Source of the DNA: Candidatus Omnitrophota bacterium
GTDB taxonomy: Bacteria > Omnitrophota > Gorgyraeia > Gygaellales > UBA12090
Direction of reading: 5' to 3'
Assembly (NCBI GenBank): GCA_023247895.1
Contig: JAHFFP010000004.1
Coordinates: forward strand, 1 to 35,421
DNA length: 35,421 nucleotides
Position numbers and translations under genes: made by a program. The notes under the pieces were generated by a model that saw nothing but the letters and a program-made list of their open reading frames with translations, was not told the DNA's origin and searched no databases. Position 1 is the first letter of the stretch. Every line of letters begins with the position of its first letter. Below, in pieces: positions 9,150 to 17,864 of this stretch.

Positions 9150-10131
9150 GTTCAAAGGAACCATTCAACGCTATAACCTCCTTAATAAAAACGATGCCCT
9201 TGTCGTAGGAGTTTCCGGTGGCCCGGATTCTGTATGTGTATTGTATCTTTTAAAGAGCATACAAAAAGAATTCAGGTTCTCGCTTCATGTCGCGCACTTG
9301 AATCATATGCTTAGAGGCAAGGAATCTCAGAAAGACGCGGATTTTGTTTTGTCATTAGCCAAAAAACTTAGCTTCCCCGTTACTATTAAAGCTTTAGAGG
9401 CAGGGGGCTTGAGTAACCAAGGTTCACTTGAAGAAGCTGCCCGAAAAGCACGGTTAGACTTTTTATTTGAGATAGCACGAAAAGTAAAGGCGAAAAAGAT
9501 TGTTCTCGGCCATAATTTGGATGATCAGGCAGAAACCGTGCTTATGCGTATTGTGCGCGGCAGCGGCCTTATGGGCTTATCCGGGATTTTGCCTAAGCGC
9601 TCCATGGGTAGAGTTACCATTATCAGGCCTTTACTTGAGATATCAAGAAATGAAATAGAGCGTTTCTTAAAGAAGAAAAAGATCGCGCCCAGAATAGATG
9701 CAACCAATGCGGTTGAAGTTTATTTCAGAAATAAAATCCGCCATAGGCTTCTGCCTCAGTTAAAAACATATAATCCTAATATCAAGAAAGTGCTGGCAAA
9801 TATGGCAGAGAATGTGGCTTTAGACTACGAGTATCTCTTGTCAAAGGCTTCAATCGTATTCGAGAAGTTAAAGGTGAGTAACACTAAGCCATTGTTAACG
9901 TTGAAGTTAGAGAAACTTCAAAAGCTGCATCCTGCGCTCTTAAATATGGTGCTGCGCCTCGCCTATGAAGCACGCAAGGGCGATACCCGCAGGCTTGCCT
10001 ATCAGCATATCAAAGAACTCAAAGAATTACTTTATCAGCGCCCTGATGGTGCGATTGTGGATTTGCCTTTTCTGATTTCAGTAAAGAAGCAGCTTCGATA
10101 TATTTACTTTTATAGACGCAGATTAGCGTGA
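9133..10131 (+). CDS. tilS: tRNA(Ile)-lysidine synthetase (short form)
   Basis: SGGPDS, HLNHMLRG, GHNLDDQAET, RPLL, RNKIR; lies before ftsH. Confidence 0.95.
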   Translation: MPLLSKFKGTIQRYNLLNKNDALVVGVSGGPDSVCVLYLLKSIQKEFRFSLHVAHLNHMLRGKESQKDADFVLSLAKKLSFPVTIKALEAGGLSNQGSLEEAARKARLDFLFEIARKVKAKKIVLGHNLDDQAETVLMRIVRGSGLMGLSGILPKRSMGRVTIIRPLLEISRNEIERFLKKKKIAPRIDATNAVEVYFRNKIRHRLLPQLKTYNPNIKKVLANMAENVALDYEYLLSKASIVFEKLKVSNTKPLLTLKLEKLQKLHPALLNMVLRLAYEARKGDTRRLAYQHIKELKELLYQRPDGAIVDLPFLISVKKQLRYIYFYRRRLA

Positions 10132-10167
10132 GCCTAAATTCGCGAATATTCGCGTTTACAAAATGGC

Positions 10168-10196
10168 TTGCTTTTATCCGCGTTTAGCCTTATAAT
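10168..10196 (+). promoter_or_regulatory. Sigma70-type promoter for ftsH
   Basis: TTGCTT-17 nt-TATAAT. Confidence 0.6.
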
Positions 10197-10221
10197 CCTT
10201 TTTTGGAAAGGAAACTAAATA

Positions 10222-12102
10222 ATGAATGGTAAACTGCCGAAGTTAAAAACAAAGCTTAATAATAAAATGAATGTCAAAAGGCCCAATATAATGTGGTTGT
10301 TAATTATTATTGGGATTCTTTATTTTTTTAATTATGTGAGTGTTAATTTGCCTGTTAAGGAAATTAAATACGGCGATTTTTATCGTATGCTCAAAGAAAA
10401 TCCCGCAACCGGCATGGTAGAGCACGTGGCAAAGATAGACAGCCGGCTTGAAGGAGAACTAAAGAACGGGGTGCGTTTTATCGTATTAATTCCTGAAGAT
10501 GACAAAGATATTATCGCGCTGTTGAGGGAGAATGTTTCTCATTTTGAAATCAAGACCCAGCCGCTTTTTATCTCTCTGATATTTTCTCTTGGCCCGGTGT
10601 TACTGCTTATACTTTTTTGGTGGCTGATGGCAGCAAGAGGGGAGCAGTTGGGAAACCGCATTATGGGTTTTGGCAAGATACGGGCAAAGGCAGTTGATGA
10701 AACTAAGACCCAGAAAATAACCTTTAATGATGTCGCGGGGGTTGATGAGGCAAAAGAAGAATTACAGGAAGTCATTGAGTTCCTGAAAGACCCTAAGAAA
10801 TTCCAAAAATTAGGCGGGAAAATTCCTAAAGGAGTGTTATTGGTGGGGCCTCCCGGTTGCGGCAAGACCTTAGTTGCCAAGGCAGTTGCCGGCGAGGCCG
10901 GAGTGCCTTTTTTCTCCATCAGCGGTTCGGATTTTGTTGAAATGTTTGTCGGCGTGGGAGCTTCCAGGGTAAGGGATTTATTTGAGCAGGGCAGAAAGGC
11001 GTCAAAGCTTTCCGGTAAGGGGGCGATAATCTTCATTGATGAAATTGATGCTGTAGGCCGGTTGCGTTTCGCGGGAATCGGAGGAGGCCACGATGAGCGC
11101 GAACAGACTCTGAATCAGCTTTTGGTTGAGATGGATGGTTTTGAAACCACCGAGGGACTAATCCTCATTGCGGCAACCAACCGCCCTGACACATTGGACC
11201 CTGCGCTTTTACGCCCGGGAAGATTTGACCGGCAGATTGTGATTCATCTCCCCGATATCGCAGGCCGGGAGGAAATACTCAAGGTGCATACCCGAAAAAT
11301 AAAATTAGACCCCAAAACTGATTTAAAAACAATTGCCCAGCAAACTTCGGGATTTTCCGGCGCGGATTTGGCTAACCTTTGCAATGAGGCAGCGCTTTTA
11401 GCAGCGAGGCGCAATAAGGAAACTGTGGAGCAATCAGAGTTAGAATCGGCTATTGAGCGCGTGATTATGGGGCCGGAAAAGAAAAGCCACGTCATGTCTA
11501 AGCACGAAAAGGAAGTGACCGCGTTTCACGAAGCAGGCCATGCGATCCTTTCATTATTAATTCCTGAGGTTGACCCGGTAAAAAAAGTTTCTATTATTCC
11601 CCGAGGGCTCGCGGGCGGCTACACCCTTACGCCTCCTACTGAGGACCGCCACTACTATACCAAAAAAGAGCTTGCCGGTAGGTTGATTATGGCCTTAGGC
11701 GGCAGGGCATCTGAAGAAGTGAACCTGGGTGAAGTGACTACGGGCGCGCAAAATGATTTAGAGTATGTTACTAATATGTCACGCCATATGGTCTGTGATT
11801 TAGGCATGAGCGAGCGGCTTGGCAATATTACCTTAGGCAGAAGGCACGGGCCTTTATTTTTAGGCAGGGATATCGTTGAAGAGAGAAACTATAGCGAAGA
11901 GACTGCCAAGTTAATCGACGAAGAGGTCAAACATATAGTTGATGAGTGCTACTTGCAGGCAAAACAGTTATTACAGAAGAATTTGGATAAATTGAAACTG
12001 CTCACCAATGTGTTATTGGAAAAAGAAGTTCTTAATGGTGAAGAAGTAAAACGTTTAATTGGACTTAACCCGCAAACCGCAGATACCCTACCTAAAACAT
12101 AA
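10222..12102 (+). CDS. ftsH: ATP-dependent zinc metalloprotease FtsH
   Basis: Two TM helices, [25 protein letters not shown]. Confidence 0.97.
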   Translation: MNGKLPKLKTKLNNKMNVKRPNIMWLLIIIGILYFFNYVSVNLPVKEIKYGDFYRMLKENPATGMVEHVAKIDSRLEGELKNGVRFIVLIPEDDKDIIALLRENVSHFEIKTQPLFISLIFSLGPVLLLILFWWLMAARGEQLGNRIMGFGKIRAKAVDETKTQKITFNDVAGVDEAKEELQEVIEFLKDPKKFQKLGGKIPKGVLLVGPPGCGKTLVAKAVAGEAGVPFFSISGSDFVEMFVGVGASRVRDLFEQGRKASKLSGKGAIIFIDEIDAVGRLRFAGIGGGHDEREQTLNQLLVEMDGFETTEGLILIAATNRPDTLDPALLRPGRFDRQIVIHLPDIAGREEILKVHTRKIKLDPKTDLKTIAQQTSGFSGADLANLCNEAALLAARRNKETVEQSELESAIERVIMGPEKKSHVMSKHEKEVTAFHEAGHAILSLLIPEVDPVKKVSIIPRGLAGGYTLTPPTEDRHYYTKKELAGRLIMALGGRASEEVNLGEVTTGAQNDLEYVTNMSRHMVCDLGMSERLGNITLGRRHGPLFLGRDIVEERNYSEETAKLIDEEVKHIVDECYLQAKQLLQKNLDKLKLLTNVLLEKEVLNGEEVKRLIGLNPQTADTLPKT

Positions 12103-12110
12103 TTACTGCT

Positions 12111-13352
12111 ATGAATTTGAGCATTATTTCTTGCCATTCCCAGATTCAGGCAGAAGCCTTGATGAGGGAAATCGGGGTTGACCCCGTGGGCATAGAAATA
12201 ATGGCTCCCAAGACAGTCAGCCACTTAGTCAGAGTTAACCACTTGCCTGTGTTTGCCGCGCACATCCTTAAGCAGGAAGCCCTTTCCCTCGGCGGGGATA
12301 CCGCAGTCTCCCGTGAGGCCTTAACCGGCAAAAGTAAATATACCGATTGCCTGATTGTGGGGAATCTTATCCATATTAAGTGGCTTTGTGAGAAGCTAAA
12401 ACGCCAACCATATAAATTAGCTCAATTGGCAGTTGAGTTACAGAAGGCTATTGGCTGTTATCAGCGCAGTAACTTTGTTTTAGAATTAGGCAGCCATAGA
12501 TTAGATTTACATACACATACCCATATTATGGGGATTATAAATATGACCCCGGACTCTTTTAGCGGGGATGGACTTTTACGAAAGACGTCCGCCAATGCAG
12601 TGTGGCGGGCGAAAGACGAAAGACGAAAGGCGCAGGATGTAGGTGATTATGCCAAAAAACTAGTAGATGACGGCGCAGATATACTTGATATAGGAGGAGA
12701 GTCTTCGCGGCCCGGAGCAAAGGCTATTACCGTCAAGGAAGAATTGGCAAGAGTAATTCCCGCTATAAAGATGATAAGGAAGAAAGTAAAAGCACCTATT
12801 TCTGTTGATACCTACAAGGCAGAAGTAGCCCGCCAGGCGTTAGATAACGGCGCGCATATTGTAAACGATATTACCGCCCTTAGCGGCGATCCCAAAATGG
12901 CGGGCATCATCAAAAAGTATAAGGCTGCAGTAGTGTTGATGCATATGAAAGGCTCGCCCCGCACTATGCAAAAGAATCCTCACTATCGCAATATCATGCA
13001 GGAAATTGTAGCATATTTGCAGCATGCAACTACTGCCGCGGTGAGCGCAGGAATTGATCCCGAAAAGATTATTATTGATCCAGGGGTTGGTTTTGGCAAA
13101 AGAGTAACGCACAATCTGGAGATTATCAAGTCCCTTGGCCACTTGAGGGTAGTGGGGCGCCCTATTTTAGTGGGGGCATCGCGTAAATCCTTCATAGGGA
13201 ACATTCTTAATCAGGCAGCAAGCGGCCGTTTAGCCGGAACTATAAGCGCTAATTGTATCGCAGTGTATAACGGCGCAAAAATAGTACGGGTTCATGATGT
13301 GAAAGAATCCAAGCAGGCACTCACTGTTTTAGACAGTATCCTCAAATGTTAA
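12111..13352 (+). CDS. folP: Dihydropteroate synthase with N-terminal extension
   Basis: MGIINMTPDSFS, DIGGESSRPG, DPGVGFGK, SRKSF, RVHDV. Confidence 0.95.
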   Translation: MNLSIISCHSQIQAEALMREIGVDPVGIEIMAPKTVSHLVRVNHLPVFAAHILKQEALSLGGDTAVSREALTGKSKYTDCLIVGNLIHIKWLCEKLKRQPYKLAQLAVELQKAIGCYQRSNFVLELGSHRLDLHTHTHIMGIINMTPDSFSGDGLLRKTSANAVWRAKDERRKAQDVGDYAKKLVDDGADILDIGGESSRPGAKAITVKEELARVIPAIKMIRKKVKAPISVDTYKAEVARQALDNGAHIVNDITALSGDPKMAGIIKKYKAAVVLMHMKGSPRTMQKNPHYRNIMQEIVAYLQHATTAAVSAGIDPEKIIIDPGVGFGKRVTHNLEIIKSLGHLRVVGRPILVGASRKSFIGNILNQAASGRLAGTISANCIAVYNGAKIVRVHDVKESKQALTVLDSILKC

Positions 13353-14131
13353 AGAGCGTTATTCCTATTGATTGGAAAGTAGTGGTAGAGATTTCTATTC
13401 TATGGCTTGTTATCTATAGGATTATGCTGTTTTTTCAGGGCACACGGGCAATACAGGTATTGCGTGGCATTATCGTAGTAGTGTTTGCCTTCTTTATAGC
13501 GCAGATATTACGTTTAGAAACCCTTGATTGGCTCTTGACGCATTTGTTTGGTATTTCGGTAATTGCGATTATAATTATTTTTCAGCCGGAGATACGCCAA
13601 GGATTGGCCCGCCTGGGCCAGCAGAATATTTTTAAGGCATCCTTTCGTGAAGAGGAGTTTGATGAGATGCTAAAGGAGGTTATTGAGGCGGCGGAGGTAC
13701 TGAGTAAGAGCAAAATCGGCGCTTTAATTGCCATAGAAAATGAAGACAGCCTTAATGATTATATAGAAAGCGGAGTGAAAATTGACAGTAAAGTCACGGC
13801 AGAGTTGCTGCAGACCATTTTTACGCCCAACAGCCTTTTGCATGATGGAGGGGTTGTGATACAAGAGGGAAGAATTATTGCCGCAGGGTGTTTGTTTCCC
13901 TTAACTCAGAAGCCGGATTTAAATCGTCTTTTCGGCACGCGCCATAGGGCCGCTTTGGGATTAGTTGAGCAAACCGATTCTGTGGCAGTCACGGTCTCTG
14001 AAGAAACAGGGGATATTTCTTTATGTTATCACGGAAAGCTTTTGCGGGATTTAAGCCTGGATGAGCTGCTCGAAAATCTCAAAGCTCATTTTAGGCAGAA
14101 TAAGAACAAGAGAGCGTATAGGCAAAAATAG
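13346..14131 (+). CDS. cdaA: Membrane diadenylate cyclase CdaA/DacA
   Basis: Three N-terminal TM helices, FQPEIR, LHDGG, GTRHRAA. Confidence 0.95.
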   Translation: MLKSVIPIDWKVVVEISILWLVIYRIMLFFQGTRAIQVLRGIIVVVFAFFIAQILRLETLDWLLTHLFGISVIAIIIIFQPEIRQGLARLGQQNIFKASFREEEFDEMLKEVIEAAEVLSKSKIGALIAIENEDSLNDYIESGVKIDSKVTAELLQTIFTPNSLLHDGGVVIQEGRIIAAGCLFPLTQKPDLNRLFGTRHRAALGLVEQTDSVAVTVSEETGDISLCYHGKLLRDLSLDELLENLKAHFRQNKNKRAYRQK

Positions 14132-14140
14132 GAGATAAAG

Positions 14141-14254
14141 TTGAAGTTTTGGTTATTCCACAATTTCTGGCTTAAAACAATTTCCTTAGTTCTGGCTATT
14201 CTTACGTGGCTCTACGTAAAGGGCGAGATGACCAAGTTAGTGATACGTTTTTAA
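14141..14254 (+). CDS. 37-aa peptide equivalent to the N-terminal TM anchor of CdaR/YbbR (missed by the ORF track)
   Basis: GGAG SD at 14131, TTG start; MKFWLFHNFWLKTISLVLAILTWLYVKGEMTKLVIRF; fills the cdaA-pdxJ gap. Confidence 0.7.
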   Translation: MKFWLFHNFWLKTISLVLAILTWLYVKGEMTKLVIRF

Positions 14255-14255
14255 T

Positions 14256-14969
14256 ATGGCAAAGCTTGGGGTTAATGTTGACCATGTGGCTACCTTGCGA
14301 CAGGCAAGAAGAGGGGTATGCCCTGATCCTGTGCATGCCGCTTTTATTTGTGAAAAGGCAGGGTGTGATTCTATTGTCGCGCATTTACGCGAAGATAGAA
14401 GGCACATTAACGATGGGGATATCAAACGCCTTAAAGATACGGTAATAACACGGTTTAATTTGGAGATGTGCATTGCTCCTCGCATTGTGGGTATTGCCTG
14501 CAGGCTTAAGCCGCATCAGGCGACATTAGTGCCGGAGAGAAGGCAGGAGCTTACTACTGAAGGAGGCTTGGATATAATAGCCAATAGAAAAAGGCTCAAG
14601 GATGTAATTAAGCGATTAAGCGATAAAGGTATCGAAGTGAGCCTTTTTATTGATCCTGACAAGAAGCAAATAGCGGCTGTTCCCGAGGTAGGAGCCAAGA
14701 TTATAGAGCTGCATACGGGAAAATACGCGCACGCAAAGAACAAAATCCAGTCGCTTGAACGTTTAGAAGAAATAGCACAGGCGTTAAGGTACGCGAAAGG
14801 TTTTGGGCTTACGGTTAATGCCGGACATGGCCTTGATTACGATAATATTACCGCCATTGCCAAAGTCAAGGATATCTATGAGTTTAATATCGGCTATTCC
14901 ATAATTTGCCGAAGCCTTTTTGTGGGGCTTGAGAACGCGGTGAAAGAAATGGCGGCGCGGGTGAAATGA
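14256..14969 (+). CDS. pdxJ: Pyridoxine 5'-phosphate synthase
   Basis: LGVNVDHVATLRQAR, HLREDRRHI, TTEGGLD, NAGHGL. Confidence 0.97.
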   Translation: MAKLGVNVDHVATLRQARRGVCPDPVHAAFICEKAGCDSIVAHLREDRRHINDGDIKRLKDTVITRFNLEMCIAPRIVGIACRLKPHQATLVPERRQELTTEGGLDIIANRKRLKDVIKRLSDKGIEVSLFIDPDKKQIAAVPEVGAKIIELHTGKYAHAKNKIQSLERLEEIAQALRYAKGFGLTVNAGHGLDYDNITAIAKVKDIYEFNIGYSIICRSLFVGLENAVKEMAARVK

Positions 14970-15355
14970 TTATTGGGGTAGGGGTAGACATAGTTGAGAT
15001 TTCACGGATAAAGAGCGCAGTAAGCCGCTGGAAAGAGGCATTCTTAAAAAGAATATTTACCGAGAACGAGATACAGTATTCCCAAAATAAGAAATTTGTT
15101 TATCAGCATTTGGCGGCGCGTTTTGCCGCCAAAGAAGCGGTATTAAAGGCAATCGGTGATGCGTCTATACAGCGGATTGAATGGCATAACGTAGAGGTGT
15201 TAAATGACGAATTTGGCAAGCCCTATATTCGTCTCTCTGGCGAGGCCAAGAAGGTAAAAGAAGACAAAAATATCACCGATATCATTATCAGTATGTCGCA
15301 TACCCATAAAGTCGCGGTTGCCAATGCCATACTTATCAAGGATGGCAAAGAGTAG
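14966..15355 (+). CDS. acpS: Holo-ACP synthase
   Basis: GVGVDIVEI, RFAAKEAVLKA, GKP, SMSH. Confidence 0.95.
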   Translation: MIIGVGVDIVEISRIKSAVSRWKEAFLKRIFTENEIQYSQNKKFVYQHLAARFAAKEAVLKAIGDASIQRIEWHNVEVLNDEFGKPYIRLSGEAKKVKEDKNITDIIISMSHTHKVAVANAILIKDGKE

Positions 15356-16244
15356 CGTTCTTTCTCATAGAAAGCCACACACGCACAAAGGAGATTATGG
15401 CCATATTTTTGTCTTAGCCGGCTCAAGAGGATTAAGCGGCGCGGCTATCCTTTGCGCAGATAGCGCAATGCGCACAGGCGCAGGATTAGTTACTTTAGGG
15501 ATTCCTGAAAGCCTGTATCCGATTGTTGCAAGGAGAGTTTTCTTAGAGGTAATGGCTAAACCTTTGCCGGAAACAAAGGAGCAAGCCTTACATCAGAGTG
15601 CGTATAAGAAAATCTTTGATTTTGCGCAAAAAACAGATGTCTTAGCTATAGGCCCGGGATTATCCCGAAATCATTCAACCCAAAGGTTAATCCTTAAAAT
15701 TATATCTGCAATAGATAAACCTATGGTGATAGATGCCGATGGCCTAAATGCACTTGTAGGTCATTTGAATATTTTACGCACTACGCACTACGCACGGCGC
15801 ATGACGATATTAACTCCTCACCTGGGTGAATTTAGCCGTTTGATAGGGAAACCTGTTATAGAGGTAGAAAAAAACAGAGAAATACTTGCAAAAAAGTTTT
15901 CCTCTGATTATAATATTATCCTTGTTTTAAAAGGCCATAAGACGGTGGTTGTTTCTCCCGGTAAAAAAGTATATATAAATACCACGGGTAATCCCGGAAT
16001 GGCAACCGCAGGTTCGGGTGACGTTTTGACCGGGATGATAGCAGCGCTCTTGGCCCAAGGCTTACATGGATTTGAGGCAGCGAAATTAGGCGTGTATCTG
16101 CATGGTTTAGCCGGAGATTTAGCCGCTAGGGAAAAGACTCAAGCGGGCATGATTGCCTCTGACATAATAGAAAAGATACCCCAAGCGATTAAGCGAATTG
16201 ATTTTTGCCGGCGTAGCTCAGTTGGTAGAGCAATTGTTTTGTAA
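15342..16244 (+). CDS. nnrD: ADP-dependent NAD(P)HX dehydratase (YjeF C-terminal domain only)
   Basis: HKGDYG, GAGLV, IGPGL, IDADGLN, LTPHLGEF, MATAGSGDVL; no epimerase domain; start uncertain. Confidence 0.9.
   Translation: MAKSSVLSHRKPHTHKGDYGHIFVLAGSRGLSGAAILCADSAMRTGAGLVTLGIPESLYPIVARRVFLEVMAKPLPETKEQALHQSAYKKIFDFAQKTDVLAIGPGLSRNHSTQRLILKIISAIDKPMVIDADGLNALVGHLNILRTTHYARRMTILTPHLGEFSRLIGKPVIEVEKNREILAKKFSSDYNIILVLKGHKTVVVSPGKKVYINTTGNPGMATAGSGDVLTGMIAALLAQGLHGFEAAKLGVYLHGLAGDLAAREKTQAGMIASDIIEKIPQAIKRIDFCRRSSVGRAIVL
15886..15914 (+). promoter_or_regulatory. Putative internal sigma70 promoter in nnrD driving the tRNA-Thr/ORF/tRNA-Tyr unit
   Basis: TTGCAA-17 nt-TATAAT. Confidence 0.45.
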
Positions 16245-16279
16245 ACAATGGGTCGGGGGTTCGATTCCCTTCGCCGGCT
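16207..16279 (+). tRNA. tRNA-Thr (TGT)
   Basis: GCCGGCG/CGCCGGC acceptor stem; ATTGT-TTTGTAA-ACAAT anticodon arm; GTTCGATTC T-loop. Confidence 0.93.
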
Positions 16280-16294
16280 TTAAAATTTATTAAA

Positions 16295-16915
16295 ATGCAA
16301 AGATTACAACAGAGTATTTACTCAGCACCGTTAGATTTTACTGAGGTAAAGGCTTTATATTGGGATAAAGAATATACCATGCAGGAAATCGCAAACAAAT
16401 TTAACATTTCTTTATGGGCGCTTTACACTTTTATGAAAAAATACAAAATTGAGCGCAGGAATTTTTCTCAAGCAAACTATGTTGTTTCTAATAGGTTAAA
16501 GCCGCAATTTAAAATAAAACAAGAACTTTCATCTCTAGATGAAAAGTTAAAAGTCGCAGGAATTATGCTTTATTGGGCAGAAGGTACATTAAATAGAAAC
16601 ACGGTAGATTTTGTCAATAGCAACCCTCGTATGATAAAGGTATTCCTAAGGTTTTTAAGAGAAATTTGTGGAGTTAGTGAGAAAAGGCTGCGTTTGTATC
16701 TTTATGTGTATTCCTATCATAATGTAAGAACTATAATGGAATATTGGCATAAAGTAACAGCTATTCCCGTTAACCAATTCACAAAGCCATATGTGAGGAA
16801 AGGAAGTTTGAATAAAACGGAAAGAAAATTAGTTTACGGATTGGTGCATATTAGATATAATGATAAACGATTGTTACAAATAATTAAGGATTGGATTGAG
16901 GAATATATAAAATAG
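16295..16915 (+). CDS. HTH + single-motif LAGLIDADG-like homing-endonuclease-like protein
   Basis: N-terminal HTH (LYWDKEYTMQEIANKFNIS), LAGLIDADG-like helix VAGIMLYWAEG, then VDFVNSNPRMIKVFLRFL; AT-rich; sits between two tRNAs. Confidence 0.7.
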   Translation: MQRLQQSIYSAPLDFTEVKALYWDKEYTMQEIANKFNISLWALYTFMKKYKIERRNFSQANYVVSNRLKPQFKIKQELSSLDEKLKVAGIMLYWAEGTLNRNTVDFVNSNPRMIKVFLRFLREICGVSEKRLRLYLYVYSYHNVRTIMEYWHKVTAIPVNQFTKPYVRKGSLNKTERKLVYGLVHIRYNDKRLLQIIKDWIEEYIK

Positions 16916-16922
16916 TATATAT

Positions 16923-17252
16923 GGGCAGGTACCCAAGCGGCCAAAGGGGACAGACTGTGTAAACGCAGCGCCGGGGAGTAATCTTCGGTGTAAAAGCTGG
17001 TGAATTCAGGGAACCCCTTAGAGTAATATCTTAAGGGCAATCCTGAGCCAAGCCGTCAAAGTTGTATGACTGGAAGGTGCAGAGACTAAGCGCCAGCCGT
17101 CCCGGTTAAAAGGATGATGAGATAGTCCAAGCCTCAAGGTAACTTGAGGGCAGTCGCCACAAAGCGTTGGCGATTGTCCGCCACTAATTCTTTGGTGGAC
17201 ACTTGAAATCTGTTGCACCTGTGCTTCAGAGGTTCGAATCCTCTCCTGCCCA
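16923..17252 (+). tRNA. tRNA-Tyr (GTA), intron-containing; exons 16923-16958 and 17206-17252
   Basis: Spliced 83-nt cloverleaf: GGGCAGG/CCTGCCC-A, ACAGA-CT GT^A AA-TCTGT, long variable arm, AGAGG-TTCGAAT-CCTCT. Confidence 0.92.
16959..17205 (+). ncRNA. Group I self-splicing intron (IC3-like), 247 nt, no internal ORF
   Basis: Exon ends in U and intron ends in G; P1 CTGT/GCAG with U.G at the splice site; P3 GCTGG/CCAGC; P GAATTCAGGGAA; Q AATCCTGAGC; R GCAGAGACTA; S GAGATAGTCC (P7 GACTA/TAGTC); GTAA tetraloops on P2 and P9. Confidence 0.92.
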
Positions 17253-17259
17253 TTCTTCT

Positions 17260-17310
17260 TTAATTAGGGACAGACACTAATTAAATTAATTAGTGTCTGT
17301 CCCTAATTAA
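17260..17310. repeat. Perfect 25-bp-arm palindrome between convergent tRNA-Tyr and thpR; possible bidirectional terminator or REP-like element
   Basis: TTAATTAGGGACAGACACTAATTAA-A-TTAATTAGTGTCTGTCCCTAATTAA. Confidence 0.8.
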
Positions 17311-17864
17311 TTTGTTAAACCTATTTCGCTTAGTTTTTCGTAGATGGGGCCATGGGGGGTGAGGGTGCTTTTGAAGAGGGTGATTGATTTTACTTCTTGC
17401 GGTAGTGGGGAAAATTGAGCTTTGCTTAGTATTTGAGAGAAGGATTTCTTATCCTTAATATATTTTACCCTTCCTATGGTAAGATGGGATGAGAACTTTC
17501 TTGTCTCTTTTGGGAATTTCAATTTGACCAAAGTATCTTCAATAGAGGCAGCTAATTCGTGTAATCCTTCCTTCCCTTTTTCAATACCTACCCAGATAAC
17601 TCGCGGCGATTGTATAGTGGGGAAGCCTCCTATATTTTTGAGCTCCATCATAAATGGCTTAAAAATCCTTGAGACTTCTTTGAGGGATTGAATTATTCTG
17701 GGGATTTTTTGTTCTTCAACTTCACCTAAGAATTTTAAGGTCAAGTGAATATTCTCAGGCTCAACCCACTTTGCGTCTGCCGGAGCAGTTTTGAGTTCTG
17801 CTTGGAGTTTGGAGAGGGTTTCTTGAATTTCTTTGGTTATTTCAATAGCGATAAAAGCCCTCAT
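17307..17864 (-). CDS. thpR: RNA 2',3'-cyclic phosphodiesterase (2H family)
   Basis: MRAFIAI, HLTLKFLG, PRVIWVG, HLTIGR. Confidence 0.93.
   Translation of the reverse strand: MRAFIAIEITKEIQETLSKLQAELKTAPADAKWVEPENIHLTLKFLGEVEEQKIPRIIQSLKEVSRIFKPFMMELKNIGGFPTIQSPRVIWVGIEKGKEGLHELAASIEDTLVKLKFPKETRKFSSHLTIGRVKYIKDKKSFSQILSKAQFSPLPQEVKSITLFKSTLTPHGPIYEKLSEIGLTN

Noticed and set aside
10539-11495. Long antisense ORFs opposite ftsH, and similar ones elsewhere
   Set aside because: Shadow frames of conserved genes with no independent evidence.
16834-17218. Minus-strand ORFs over the intron as an intron-encoded protein
   Set aside because: They are antisense to the intron core and show no nuclease motifs.
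17307-17864. thpR (2'-5' RNA ligase family) as splicing partner of the adjacent tRNA intron
   Set aside because: Group I introns self-ligate, and thpR-cinA is a common gene pair, so the adjacency is probably coincidental.
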